A stretch of 64,000 nt of DNA from Pseudomonadota bacterium (GCA_036339975.1 JAYYZV010000020.1:10430-74429); one strand, 5' to 3'; positions 19,014-28,817 are shown, counted from the first letter of the stretch. Made by a program: numbers and translations. Notes: generated from the sequence alone by a model not told the origin.

Positions 19014-20708
19014 ATGATTCATCTTGAGACCGACGTTCTTGTTGTCGGATCAGGCGGCGCAGGCATGTATGCTGCTATCGGGGCAGCCCGAAACGGTGCA
19101 GAAGTGATCCTTGCCGACAAGTCAATGATTAGTCGCGGCGGGGCAACGATTATGGCACAAATGACGACCGCTGCCGCACTTGGCGAACAGGAACCGGACA
19201 GCTGGGAAAAGCATTTTGAAGACACACTCAATGCTGGCCGGGGCCTCTGCAACGAGGGCCTATCGGCTATCCTTTGCGAGGAAGCGATTGACCGCATCCG
19301 CGAAATGGATGAGTGGAAGGTCGGCTGGGCGAGAAAGGAAGGCAAGATTACTGGCGTTATGGCACCGGGTCACAGTGTTCCGCGATGTGTTTATGTCGAC
19401 TTTCTCAATACCGGTCCGGCCGTCGCCAAATGTTTGCGCACTCAGGCTGCGCGCGCGGATTCCGTGATGCGGGTCAGCGGTCTAGCCATAAATGATGTTG
19501 TGATTGATGACGGCGTCGTGTTGGGCGCGGTCGGCTGGAATCTGGAAGATAAAACGCCTGTCACCATCGCCGCCAATGCTGTGATTCTGGCGGCCGGCGG
19601 GCTGACGCGGCTTTATGCTCGTAACAGCGCATCGGTCAACATGAACGGTGATGCCTACGCGATGGCATTGCGCGCGGGCGCGGATCTGATAGATATGGAA
19701 TTCCCACAGTTCTTTCCCATTGGGCATCTGGCGCCGCGGCTGGTTGGGATGGATCCGATCATGTGGGATCCGTTCCGCTATAAGCTGGGCGGGAGACTTT
19801 TCAATGCCGAGGGAGAAGAATTTCTCCACCGCTATGGTGGCGAGGACGCTGAGAAATATACTACCACCCGCGATATCATTTCCTACGGCATAACGAAGGA
19901 AAACGAAGCCGGTCGTGCAACGGAAAACGGCGGCGTGCATCTCAGTTTTCAGCACATTTCTGAAGAAGATCTACGCGAAGCGTTCGGTCCGGTAATCGAT
20001 AAGCTGGCCAAGAACGGTATCGACCTGACTAAGCGCACCATCGAAGTCTCGCCTATCGCCCACTACCACATGGGAGGTATCCGCGTGAACGGGCAGATGG
20101 AAACCGGTATTCCCGGCCTGTATGGGGCAGGCGAGGCTGTCGGGGGTGCTAATGGTGCTAACCGCCTGTCTGGCAATGCGATCCCTGAAGCCTTTGTGTT
20201 TGGCGAACGGGCTGGAAAATTCGCCGCCGACTACGCGCGTGGGCGTAGCCGCATCTGGTCTGGTGCAGCCGCGGGAGAGCATCTTGACCGGCTGAACAGC
20301 TTAAATGGCAGGCAAAGCGACGCTAACGGCGAAAAGGCGGCGCTGGGAGAGATGTGGGCTGAACTGCAGAAACTAATGTGGAACAACGTCGGCGTACTGC
20401 GGACCGGCAATAAACTGACAACGGCGCTGAAACGCATAGGCGATTTGCGCGCCCAGCTCGACGACATTTCCCCGGCGGCCGATACCGAATTCAACATGAC
20501 CTTGCAGGATTGGTATGATTTACGTTCTGCGTTGCTGACCGCGGAATCCGTGGCTCTGGCTGCGATCAACCGCACCGAAAGCCGGGGTGCCCATCAGCGT
20601 GAGGATTTCGAGGAAATGGATTCTGCCCAGACGCACAATCAGCGTTTGCGTCTCGACGACCATGGTGATCTCATTTCAGATTATCTGCCCGTGGGAGCTG
20701 CTCCATGA
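19014..20708 (+). CDS. SdhA/FrdA/NadB-family FAD flavoprotein, non-covalent FAD type
   Basis: DVLVVGSGGAGMYAA, HYHMGGIRVN, GLYGAGEAVGGANGANRLSGNA and ESRGAHQREDF. The position of the covalent-FAD His (R-S-H-T in E. coli SdhA) reads R-G-G-A. Confidence 0.8.
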   Translation: MIHLETDVLVVGSGGAGMYAAIGAARNGAEVILADKSMISRGGATIMAQMTTAAALGEQEPDSWEKHFEDTLNAGRGLCNEGLSAILCEEAIDRIREMDEWKVGWARKEGKITGVMAPGHSVPRCVYVDFLNTGPAVAKCLRTQAARADSVMRVSGLAINDVVIDDGVVLGAVGWNLEDKTPVTIAANAVILAAGGLTRLYARNSASVNMNGDAYAMALRAGADLIDMEFPQFFPIGHLAPRLVGMDPIMWDPFRYKLGGRLFNAEGEEFLHRYGGEDAEKYTTTRDIISYGITKENEAGRATENGGVHLSFQHISEEDLREAFGPVIDKLAKNGIDLTKRTIEVSPIAHYHMGGIRVNGQMETGIPGLYGAGEAVGGANGANRLSGNAIPEAFVFGERAGKFAADYARGRSRIWSGAAAGEHLDRLNSLNGRQSDANGEKAALGEMWAELQKLMWNNVGVLRTGNKLTTALKRIGDLRAQLDDISPAADTEFNMTLQDWYDLRSALLTAESVALAAINRTESRGAHQREDFEEMDSAQTHNQRLRLDDHGDLISDYLPVGAAP

Positions 20709-21073
20709 ATATTGTTCCAGAAACAGTACCTATTTCGATCGAGCGTGGTGCGCCGGGAGAGGAAAGTCATGTCGAGAACTATGATGTTCCCTATCGTGAG
20801 GGCATGTCCGTTCTCGACGCGGTGGTCTGGATTCGCACTCATATCGATTCCTCGGTCGCGTTCCGCTATAGCTGCGTTAACGCGAATGCGTGCAAGGAAT
20901 GCATGGTAGCGGTCAACGGCAAAACCGAATATGCCTGCACTGCGCGGCTGTTGACCGACGGTACCACCGTTGCACCGCTGGCCAACAAGACACTGATACG
21001 GGACCTGGTGACGGATATAGTACCACCGAAAGAGAACCTGCGGACAATCCTTGCGGAGCGGGGTGAAGGGTAG
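20705..21073 (+). CDS. Small 2Fe-2S protein equivalent to the N-terminal domain of SdhB/FrdB
   Basis: 122-aa ORF with an ATGA overlap with the flavoprotein gene. Cys pattern SCVNANACKECMVAVNGKTEYAC and PLANKTLIRDLVTD are as in the SdhB N-domain. The ORF ends before any 4Fe-4S/3Fe-4S Cys motifs. Confidence 0.65.
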   Translation: MNIVPETVPISIERGAPGEESHVENYDVPYREGMSVLDAVVWIRTHIDSSVAFRYSCVNANACKECMVAVNGKTEYACTARLLTDGTTVAPLANKTLIRDLVTDIVPPKENLRTILAERGEG

Positions 21074-21096
21074 TCCGCTGCGGCTTATCCCGGCGA

Positions 21097-22158
21097 TTAG
21101 ATGTTCTGATCGTCGCCGGAGTGACTTGTTACGAAGGGTGGATTTTCCGCTGCCAGCATCTTTTCTACTACTCGACGTGCCTGCAACACGCCAGCATCGG
21201 CGTTTATGTCGATGCCCTGCCAGCTAGCCCCAGCACTGTCAATGCTATGCTGCTGTGCCGCCAAAATATCTACATCCTCTCCAAACGCGGTGCCGGCGGC
21301 TTTGGCGAGAAACTTAGTCAGTTCATTGTCTTCGAGGCGGTAATTGCGTGCGTGGTGCCAGAAGTAGTGACATGATTTTTCGGTTTCGGGTGTGATAGTG
21401 TGGTTGGAATACACGGTGATGCCTTCGTCCCGGTTACCGTCGCGTGCGCCGGTACCGGCATTTGCGCATCCGGCGTCGATGACAACGTGGGTCGGCGCCG
21501 TCCATGTGATGAGCTGCCAGCGGTCCACGTTGCCCGGGAAATTGCCGGCACCCGCAAACATCCCCGGCGGTGGTTTGTCCATGATCCACCGGTCGATATG
21601 AATGCGATCGTCATCACGCTGCGTATCTAACGGTGCATCGGTCACACCGTCCGCACCCAGCGTGGTCGCATGGACAAACTGCACATGCGATAGATCAAGC
21701 AGGTTGTCTACCAGTAGCTGGTGATTTCCCTCGACGTAGAAATAGCCTGTGTTGGAGACCCAGTTCGGGTCTTCGTTCCAGTGATAGTCGGGGATCAACT
21801 CCGGGTCAGCCTTGTCCGTATCGCCCGGCCAGATCCAAATATAGCGGTAAAGTTCGACCGCCGGGTAGGATCGAACTCTGGCGTCTGGCGGTACCCGGGA
21901 CTGGCCAGGGACGGAAACACAGGCACCGGACGCATCGAATTCTAGTCCATGATATCCGCACTGAATTGCATTGCCCACCCGTTTTCCCAGCGAGAGTGGC
22001 AGGTGGCGATGACAGCAACGGTCTTCCAATGCAGCGGGTGCGCCGTCCTCGCTCCGGAACAGCACCACCGGATCGCCGCAGATCGTGCGGCCGAGCAGTT
22101 TGTTGTCGACCTCATGGCTTTCAGCGGCGACGTACCAGGCGTTTTTGACGAAGTTCAT
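21097..22158 (-). CDS. Rieske non-heme iron oxygenase, VanA / phthalate-family oxygenase component
   Basis: NAWYVAA N-terminus, Rieske motif CCHRHLPLSLG...CGYHG, and mononuclear iron motif DNLLDLSHVQFVH, in a 353-aa ORF. Confidence 0.85.
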   Translation of the reverse strand: MNFVKNAWYVAAESHEVDNKLLGRTICGDPVVLFRSEDGAPAALEDRCCHRHLPLSLGKRVGNAIQCGYHGLEFDASGACVSVPGQSRVPPDARVRSYPAVELYRYIWIWPGDTDKADPELIPDYHWNEDPNWVSNTGYFYVEGNHQLLVDNLLDLSHVQFVHATTLGADGVTDAPLDTQRDDDRIHIDRWIMDKPPPGMFAGAGNFPGNVDRWQLITWTAPTHVVIDAGCANAGTGARDGNRDEGITVYSNHTITPETEKSCHYFWHHARNYRLEDNELTKFLAKAAGTAFGEDVDILAAQQHSIDSAGASWQGIDINADAGVLQARRVVEKMLAAENPPFVTSHSGDDQNI

Positions 22159-24482
22159 TTAGCGGCCTCCGTAATCATCTCCACGATCCGCTTTGGTTCG
22201 ATTGGGAGCTCCCGGATCACCACCCCGAAATCTGATAGTGCATCGTCGATGGCGGACGCGATGGCGGATGTCACCGGGATCGTGCCACCTTCACCGGCGC
22301 CCTTAACACCCAGAGGGTTCAGCGGCGTCGGGCTTTCCATGTGAACTATGTCATAGGACGGCACCTCCGTCGCGGACGGAAGAAGGTATTCCCCAAAATT
22401 AGTGGTTTGTGGCTGTCCCTGGTCGTCGTAAATCATGCGTTCGAACAAACTGCAGCCCAAACCGTGAGCGGCACCACCGGTGATCTGGCCCTCGACGATG
22501 TTCGGGTTGATCAGCCGGCCACTGTCATGGACGATCACGTAGTTCAATATCTGAACATGGCCGGTACCGGGGTCAACCTCGACCTCTACCACGTGCACGC
22601 CGTTGCAATAGGTCAGGGTAGGCGGGTTGAAATTTGCGGTAGCTTCCATCCCCGGATCGACGCTACCGGGCAGCGAGAAACCCGGCATCCCCTGAACCGC
22701 GCGGGCGACATTGCCAAGGCTGACTGACATGTCGGTTACGCCGCGCACCGATATTTTTCCATCGGCGATCTCCAAATCTTCTTCCGCCGCTTCCAAAATA
22801 TGGGCGGCGACTTTTAGCGCCTTGTTCCGGACTTCCATAGACGCGACATGGACAGACGAACCGGCCGTCACTGCCTGCCGGCTGGCAAACGCGCCAAGAC
22901 CGAGCGAGATCGTTCCGGTGTCGCCCATAACGACTTCTATATCGTCGATCGCCGCGCCCATCTGTTCGGCGCAGACCTGAGCGAGGGCGGTTTTCAGCCC
23001 CTGACCCTGATCTGTCGCGCCGGTATAGACTACGATTTTGCCCGACGGCTTAATGCGGACGATGGCTGATTCGAACGGCCCGCGCCCGGTGCCTTCCACA
23101 TAGTTGGCGACGCCTATCCCGATATAGCGGCCTTCCGTTCTGGCTCCGTTACGGCGAGCATCGAAATCCGCATAACCCGCGCGCGCTAGTGCGTTGTCCA
23201 GTGCCGCCCGATAGTCGCCGGAATCGTATGCCATAATTGCGCCATCGCGGGTTTTAATTTGGGTGTCGTATGGCATGGCTTCGGGTGGAATCAGGTTGCG
23301 GCGACGGACGTCGACCCTGTCGAGATTCAGCTCACGCGCGATCCGGTCCATGAGTCTTTCCATCGCAAACGTGCCCTGCGGGCGTCCCGCGCCGCGTACC
23401 GGGGTGACTGGGGTCATGTTGGTCAATGCCAACTTTACGTCGAGCGACATACTCGGCAACTCGTACGGCCCAAGAAAATTCGTCGCCGCGTTATAGGGAA
23501 GGTTGACACCATAGGGCGTATACGCGCCGTGATCGTGGGCCATGAAGCCGCGCACGCCCAGCAGATGGCCGTCCGCATCGGTTGCAACTTCAAGATCCCA
23601 AAACTGGTCGCGTTCCATGGTGGCGGCGGTAAAATGCTCACGCCGGTCTTCCACCCATTTGACCGGTCTTCCCAGCAAAAGAGTGGCAACCGGGATTACG
23701 ACCTCTTCTTGATAGAAGACGAATTTTGGCCCAAAACCTCCACCGACATTGGGCGTTATGACCCGAATGCGGTCTTCCGGCAGGCTCAGCAACTCTACTA
23801 GGATTGATTGTGCCCGGTGGGCCATCTGGGTTGCCGACCAGACCGTCAGGCGTCCGTCACGTTCGTCGATGCGGGCGGCAACTCCGCGGCACTCCATGGC
23901 GTGGCCGAGGCCTTTGTGTTGATACAGCGTTTCCCGGAACACGTGCCCGGCACCGGCGAATGCTGAATCTATTTCTCCATAGGCCAGTGTAAACTCGGCG
24001 ACGATGTTGTTAGTCAGGGCAGTATGAGCTTTCGGCGCCTCGCTTCTCAGAGCGCCGAGGTAGTCTACCGAGACGGGCAGAGTGTCGTAGGATACGTTGA
24101 CCAATGCGGCGGCATCTTCCGCGCCATACGCCGTTTCGGTGATCACGACTGCGACCGGCTCGCCCACGTGACGGACTTCCCCGTCGGCAAGGACAGATGG
24201 GTTGGCCGACAGCTTGAGTGCACCGGACGGTTGTTCCACCGGCATAACGGTATCGGTCAGATGCGGCCGAAGGTCTTCCAGCGTGTAGGCGGCGACGACG
24301 CCATCAGCCGCTAAGGCGGCAGATGTGTCTATTCCGGTAATCCGGGCATGTGCGAACGGGCTGCGCACGAAGGCAGCATGAAGCATACCGGGCAGGTGAA
24401 TGTCATCCAGATACCGGCCGTTCCCGCGCAGCAGCGCAGGGTCTTCCACACGTTTGATTCTCTGGCCAAACATTTGCCACAC
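22155..24482 (-). CDS. Xanthine dehydrogenase-family molybdopterin-binding large subunit (CoxL-like, not form I CODH)
   Basis: 775-aa ORF. N-terminus KRVEDPALLRGNGRYLDD, and the active-site loop reads VTPVRGAGRP. Its stop overlaps the Rieske start (ATGA at 22155-22158). Confidence 0.85.
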   Translation of the reverse strand: MWQMFGQRIKRVEDPALLRGNGRYLDDIHLPGMLHAAFVRSPFAHARITGIDTSAALAADGVVAAYTLEDLRPHLTDTVMPVEQPSGALKLSANPSVLADGEVRHVGEPVAVVITETAYGAEDAAALVNVSYDTLPVSVDYLGALRSEAPKAHTALTNNIVAEFTLAYGEIDSAFAGAGHVFRETLYQHKGLGHAMECRGVAARIDERDGRLTVWSATQMAHRAQSILVELLSLPEDRIRVITPNVGGGFGPKFVFYQEEVVIPVATLLLGRPVKWVEDRREHFTAATMERDQFWDLEVATDADGHLLGVRGFMAHDHGAYTPYGVNLPYNAATNFLGPYELPSMSLDVKLALTNMTPVTPVRGAGRPQGTFAMERLMDRIARELNLDRVDVRRRNLIPPEAMPYDTQIKTRDGAIMAYDSGDYRAALDNALARAGYADFDARRNGARTEGRYIGIGVANYVEGTGRGPFESAIVRIKPSGKIVVYTGATDQGQGLKTALAQVCAEQMGAAIDDIEVVMGDTGTISLGLGAFASRQAVTAGSSVHVASMEVRNKALKVAAHILEAAEEDLEIADGKISVRGVTDMSVSLGNVARAVQGMPGFSLPGSVDPGMEATANFNPPTLTYCNGVHVVEVEVDPGTGHVQILNYVIVHDSGRLINPNIVEGQITGGAAHGLGCSLFERMIYDDQGQPQTTNFGEYLLPSATEVPSYDIVHMESPTPLNPLGVKGAGEGGTIPVTSAIASAIDDALSDFGVVIRELPIEPKRIVEMITEAAK

Positions 24483-24772
24483 GCTCCCTCAATTCGAATA
24501 GAATACCGGCCCAGTGCGCTCACGTCATCCTCACGGAGGGTAGATTCACACTCTTATGCCCCAGCAAACACCTATTAAGACGTTCAGCCTACGCCGCTGC
24601 GAGAGGTGATCGAAGTTCAACCGGGAGCCCGGCCATCGCTCGAAGCGACGGCTGACACATTGTGAACAGCTCTGTGGCTCAATGATCGGTATCTTTACCT
24701 AACTTATCACCGCCGGGAAAAAAGAACTGGTTTTCGCTTGCTTGCCATCGTCTGCCGATCCATCTTCCGCTT

Positions 24773-25318
24773 ATGGTTAATAATACCGAACCCATTGGAC
24801 CGACCGTCTTGCAAATCCCCGAAGGCGACAATCGCGAACGCCTGACCTGCCCGGATTGCGGTTTTATCAATTATGAAAACCCAAAAATCGTCGTCGGCGC
24901 CGTCTGCACATGGGAAGGCAGGCTGCTGTTGTGCCGCCGCGCTATTGAGCCGCGGCGGGGATTCTGGACGATCCCCGCAGGCTATATGGAACTGAACGAA
25001 ACGGTTGAGGCAGGTGCTGCGCGGGAGGCGAAGGAAGAAGCGTGCGCCGATATCGATATCGACGGCTTGATTGGCGTCTACACGATTCCGCGGATCAGTC
25101 AGGTGCAGCTGATTTACCGGGCGACGGTGAGAGATGGCGTCTTTGCCGCGGGTGACGAGACCGCGGAGATCGATTTGTTCGATTGGCACGATATCCCTTG
25201 GAAGGACCTCGCATTTCCGTCCGTCAAATGGGCGCTGGATCATTGGCGGGAAATCGCCACCACTGAAACTTGGCCGCCTTTTTTTAATCCACCCGGCGAG
25301 GATGGAAACTACCTCTGA
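24773..25318 (+). CDS. NUDIX hydrolase with an N-terminal zinc-ribbon
   Basis: CPDCGF motif and the Nudix box [21 protein letters not shown]. Confidence 0.8.
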   Translation: MVNNTEPIGPTVLQIPEGDNRERLTCPDCGFINYENPKIVVGAVCTWEGRLLLCRRAIEPRRGFWTIPAGYMELNETVEAGAAREAKEEACADIDIDGLIGVYTIPRISQVQLIYRATVRDGVFAAGDETAEIDLFDWHDIPWKDLAFPSVKWALDHWREIATTETWPPFFNPPGEDGNYL

Positions 25319-25343
25319 TTTCCGATTAAGCCGCGGGTAAGGG

Positions 25344-26267
25344 TTAGGGACGCAATTCCGCCGGTGGAAACACGCCCGCTTTTCCGATCATCGCGGGGAT
25401 GGCGTGCCCAAGCTGTTCCCCAATCCAGTCACCCGCCGCAATAAGTTTGTCAATATTGATCCCGGTTTCGATTCCCATGCGGCCAAGCATATATAACAGG
25501 TCTTCCGACGGCACATTGCCGGTGGCCCGCGGGGCAAAGGGGCAACCCCCTATTCCACCCGCCGAAGCATCGATTGACTGGACGCCTGCCTCTATCGCGG
25601 CGTAGCAGTTTGCCAGACCAGTAGTCCGGGTGTTGTGAAAATGGGCGCGAAATCGGGCGCCCGGGGTGATCTCCATGACTGCACCGAATAGCTCGGAGAC
25701 CTGACTGGGCACAGCGCACCCAATGGTATCCGCTAAGGCGATTTCATAGGTGTCGTCTCCGGCCACACGTTCGACAAGGGCGATGACACTTTCGGGTGGG
25801 ACCTCACCCTGAAACGGACAACCGAAGGCCGTTGAAATAGTGAGAGAACACCGCACACCGCTGGCTTTGGCGTCTGCGGCGATATCCTCATAGACGTCGA
25901 TGGCCTGTTCGATCGTCGTGCCTTGATTTTTTTGGCTGAATGCGTCCGACGCGACCAGAGCATAGTTTACCTCTTTGCAGCCGGCCGCCAGTGCCCGATC
26001 GAGACCACGACGGTTTAGAACCAGACCAATATAGGTGACGCCGTCGTCTTCTGGTAGCGCGGCGAGGACTTCTTCCGCTTCTGCCATTTGAGGCACGCGC
26101 TTCGGGTTCACGAAGCTGACTGCTTCCATCCGTTTTATACCAGCGTCCGCGAGTTTACGGATGAATGTCACTTTCGTATCGACGCTCAAAATTTTAGCTT
26201 CATTCTGCAGACCGTCGCGAGGGCCGACGTCGATGATTTCTATGCTGCGTTGATTTGCCATTGCCAC
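25344..26267 (-). CDS. Hydroxymethylglutaryl-CoA lyase-like (HMGL family)
   Basis: IEIIDVGPRDGLQNE N-terminus and HFHNTRTTGLAN motif. Confidence 0.85.
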   Translation of the reverse strand: MAMANQRSIEIIDVGPRDGLQNEAKILSVDTKVTFIRKLADAGIKRMEAVSFVNPKRVPQMAEAEEVLAALPEDDGVTYIGLVLNRRGLDRALAAGCKEVNYALVASDAFSQKNQGTTIEQAIDVYEDIAADAKASGVRCSLTISTAFGCPFQGEVPPESVIALVERVAGDDTYEIALADTIGCAVPSQVSELFGAVMEITPGARFRAHFHNTRTTGLANCYAAIEAGVQSIDASAGGIGGCPFAPRATGNVPSEDLLYMLGRMGIETGINIDKLIAAGDWIGEQLGHAIPAMIGKAGVFPPAELRP

Positions 26268-26310
26268 CGTTCCTTCGCCTATTCTATGTCAGAGATTTTA
26301 GCGTATTTTG

Positions 26311-27519
26311 TCACTCGCCGGCACGTCGTTCCAACGGCTGTGATACAAGCCCCAGAATCGCGCCGACTGCCGCAAGGGATGCCACCAGCCATATGACATC
26401 GTTCCAGTTACCGCTAGTTGCACGCACGGCCGCCACCGCAGGCGGCCCGAACAGCATGCCGGCATTCGTTCCCATTACCATCAGCCCGTTCATGGTGCCG
26501 ATCTGTGCCGGGGTTGGTGTGTAGACCGCGACAGATCCTAGCGCCGCGGCGGGAATCATTCCGCCACAAATGCCAAATATAAGGGCGCAGACAAGTCGGG
26601 CTTCGTCACTCAAAACAGTGGAAAACACACCTAACTGGGTCAGTCCCATGCCTATCGCCCCGACCACCAGAAGCAGCCAACTTTTCATATCCCGGCTCAT
26701 TGCCCAGGCCGACGCCCAGCCGCCGACGGCATTGAAAAAGAGCACGATGGCCGGCACGGTCGCGGCGAACAGGGGACGCGCATTATATTCTTCACGCATG
26801 TATGTGGGTAGCCAAGCCATTATGGAAATATGCTGGGCGGCGTATAAGGCAAAACACGCAGCAACAAGAAGGGCTCCTGGCTGCTTCAGACAGGCTGTGA
26901 TATTGCGCATCAGTTTTTCGCCGCCGATACCGCCGCCCCGGCGCCGCCACCCGGTAGTGACGAAAAAAACTACCCCTGCCCATGCAAAGGTAAGGCCAGA
27001 GCTGAACAGCCACAGCGTCCGCCAGTCTGTAACGCTTAGGATCAACGCGCCGCCGATCAGCATGCCGGCAAAGCCCACAGGAACGTATGACGACCAGATT
27101 CCCAACGACCATTTTCGGTCGCCTTCCGCCGTGACATGGGTAACCATTCCCGCACCCGCCACCGTTGTGGCGCTATATCCGATGCCTTCGATAAAGCGCG
27201 AGACCAGCATGACCTCCCCGGAATTTGCAAAGGCGCCGAGTAAGCTACCAACCGCGATGACCACCAATCCGGATATTAGCACCCGGCGTTGACCAAACCG
27301 GTCGCCGACAGTACCCGCGATCAGACCGAGCGCGAAACCCGTGAATGAGATCATCGACGCGATCCAGCCACCCGTCACCAGACCGGAGCCCAACTCTGTC
27401 ATGATTTCGGGCAGGGCAGGCGGAAGCTTACCCAGATGGGTGGCCGCAACAATTCCGCCGCCAAAGGCTATCCACATTATTGACCACTGAGTTTTTTCTT
27501 CCGGCAGGAAAATTGTCAT
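26311..27519 (-). CDS. MFS transporter
   Basis: Multi-TM ORF with the MFS loop GDRFGQRRV. I chose the ATG at 27519 (MTIFLPEEK...) rather than the 27582 ORF-track start, which would overlap the divergent gene. Confidence 0.8.
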   Translation of the reverse strand: MTIFLPEEKTQWSIMWIAFGGGIVAATHLGKLPPALPEIMTELGSGLVTGGWIASMISFTGFALGLIAGTVGDRFGQRRVLISGLVVIAVGSLLGAFANSGEVMLVSRFIEGIGYSATTVAGAGMVTHVTAEGDRKWSLGIWSSYVPVGFAGMLIGGALILSVTDWRTLWLFSSGLTFAWAGVVFFVTTGWRRRGGGIGGEKLMRNITACLKQPGALLVAACFALYAAQHISIMAWLPTYMREEYNARPLFAATVPAIVLFFNAVGGWASAWAMSRDMKSWLLLVVGAIGMGLTQLGVFSTVLSDEARLVCALIFGICGGMIPAAALGSVAVYTPTPAQIGTMNGLMVMGTNAGMLFGPPAVAAVRATSGNWNDVIWLVASLAAVGAILGLVSQPLERRAGE

Positions 27520-27602
27520 ACGAACGTTATCCCCCGTCCGCCTTGACCCGTCCATACCCGTCAGCGACGATGTCAAAATCAAAAAATAGGAGAATTCTAA
27601 GA

Positions 27603-28817
27603 ATGGGGACGGATTCCGCGCCGCGGTCGGGACCTCTTACCGATATTCGCGTCATTGAAATGGGCACGATGATTGCAGGCCCATTCTGTGGCCAGCTTTT
27701 GGCTGATCACGGGGCTGAGGTGATTAAGCTCGAACAGCCAGAAGTTGGCGATCCGATGCGCCAATGGGGTAAGGAAAAACCTCATGGGAAGGCTTTGTTT
27801 TGGCCTGTTTTGTCACGTAACAAACTGTCGGCCACACTGAATGCCCGTGAGCCCGAGGGTCAGGCGCTGGTAAAGAAGCTTATGGAGGATGCGGATATTC
27901 TGCTGGAAAATTTCCGTCCCGGAACGATGGAGCGCTGGGGGCTAAGTTACGAAAACCTGTCTGCCATCAACCCAAAGCTGATCATGATCCGGGTGTCGGG
28001 TTTTGGGCAGACGGGGCCCTACGCTACACGGGCCGGCTACGGCGCCATCGGTGAGGCCATGGGTGGCCTACGTTATACTACCGGCGACCCATCTTTGCCG
28101 CCCAGCCGAGCAGGCATCTCAATTGGAGATTCGCTGGCGGCAACCCATGCCTGTCTCGGAGCGATGATGGCGCTGCATCAGGTTCACCTGACGGGCAAAG
28201 GCCAGATGATCGACGCGTCGATCTACGAATCCGTCCTCAACATGATGGAGAACATCGTCACTGAGTACGATGCCGGAGGTTACATCCGTGAGCGAACGGG
28301 GTCGTTTCTGCCCAAGATTGCGCCGTCTAATATCTATCCCACCAAAGATGGTATCTGGCTGGTGATCGGGGCCAATCAAGATTCGGTATGGGCGCGCATG
28401 GCGGAAGCTATGGACCGGCCTGAACTTGCCAGAGACGAACGCTACGCTACGCACCGTGCGCGCGGGATCAACCAGATTGAACTAGACGAGATTATTTCCG
28501 AGTGGACGCAAACCTTCTCCGTGGAGGATCTAGAGGAACGGCTGAACGATTTCGGCATTCCAAACGGCAAGATCTACCGCCCGCCGGAAATGCTGGACGA
28601 TCCGCAGTTTCAGGCGCGGAACAGCATCGTTCGGGTGGAACATCCGGAATTCGGCAGCATCGCGATGCAAAATGTCACCCCGCGGTTTTCTAAAACTCAG
28701 GGCAGCGTCCGCCATCCCGGCCCGACGCTTGGTGAACATAACGACTATGTCTGGGGAGGAGTGGCCGGTAAGTCGGCCGACGAGATAGCGGCCCTGCGCG
28801 ACCGCGGAATTATCTGA
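27603..28817 (+). CDS. CaiB/BaiF family (class III) CoA-transferase
   Basis: LTDIRVIEMGTMIAGPFCGQLLADHGAEVIKLE N-terminus. The ATG at 27603 is preceded by AGGAG. Confidence 0.85.
   Translation: MGTDSAPRSGPLTDIRVIEMGTMIAGPFCGQLLADHGAEVIKLEQPEVGDPMRQWGKEKPHGKALFWPVLSRNKLSATLNAREPEGQALVKKLMEDADILLENFRPGTMERWGLSYENLSAINPKLIMIRVSGFGQTGPYATRAGYGAIGEAMGGLRYTTGDPSLPPSRAGISIGDSLAATHACLGAMMALHQVHLTGKGQMIDASIYESVLNMMENIVTEYDAGGYIRERTGSFLPKIAPSNIYPTKDGIWLVIGANQDSVWARMAEAMDRPELARDERYATHRARGINQIELDEIISEWTQTFSVEDLEERLNDFGIPNGKIYRPPEMLDDPQFQARNSIVRVEHPEFGSIAMQNVTPRFSKTQGSVRHPGPTLGEHNDYVWGGVAGKSADEIAALRDRGII

Noticed and set aside
22155-24482. A genuine aerobic CO dehydrogenase (form I CoxL), here and at 47154-49490.
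   Set aside because: The active-site loops read PVRGAGR and PYRGAGR rather than the form I AYxCSFR signature. No coxM, coxS or accessory coxDEF genes are adjacent. They are better called XDH-family large subunits of unknown substrate.
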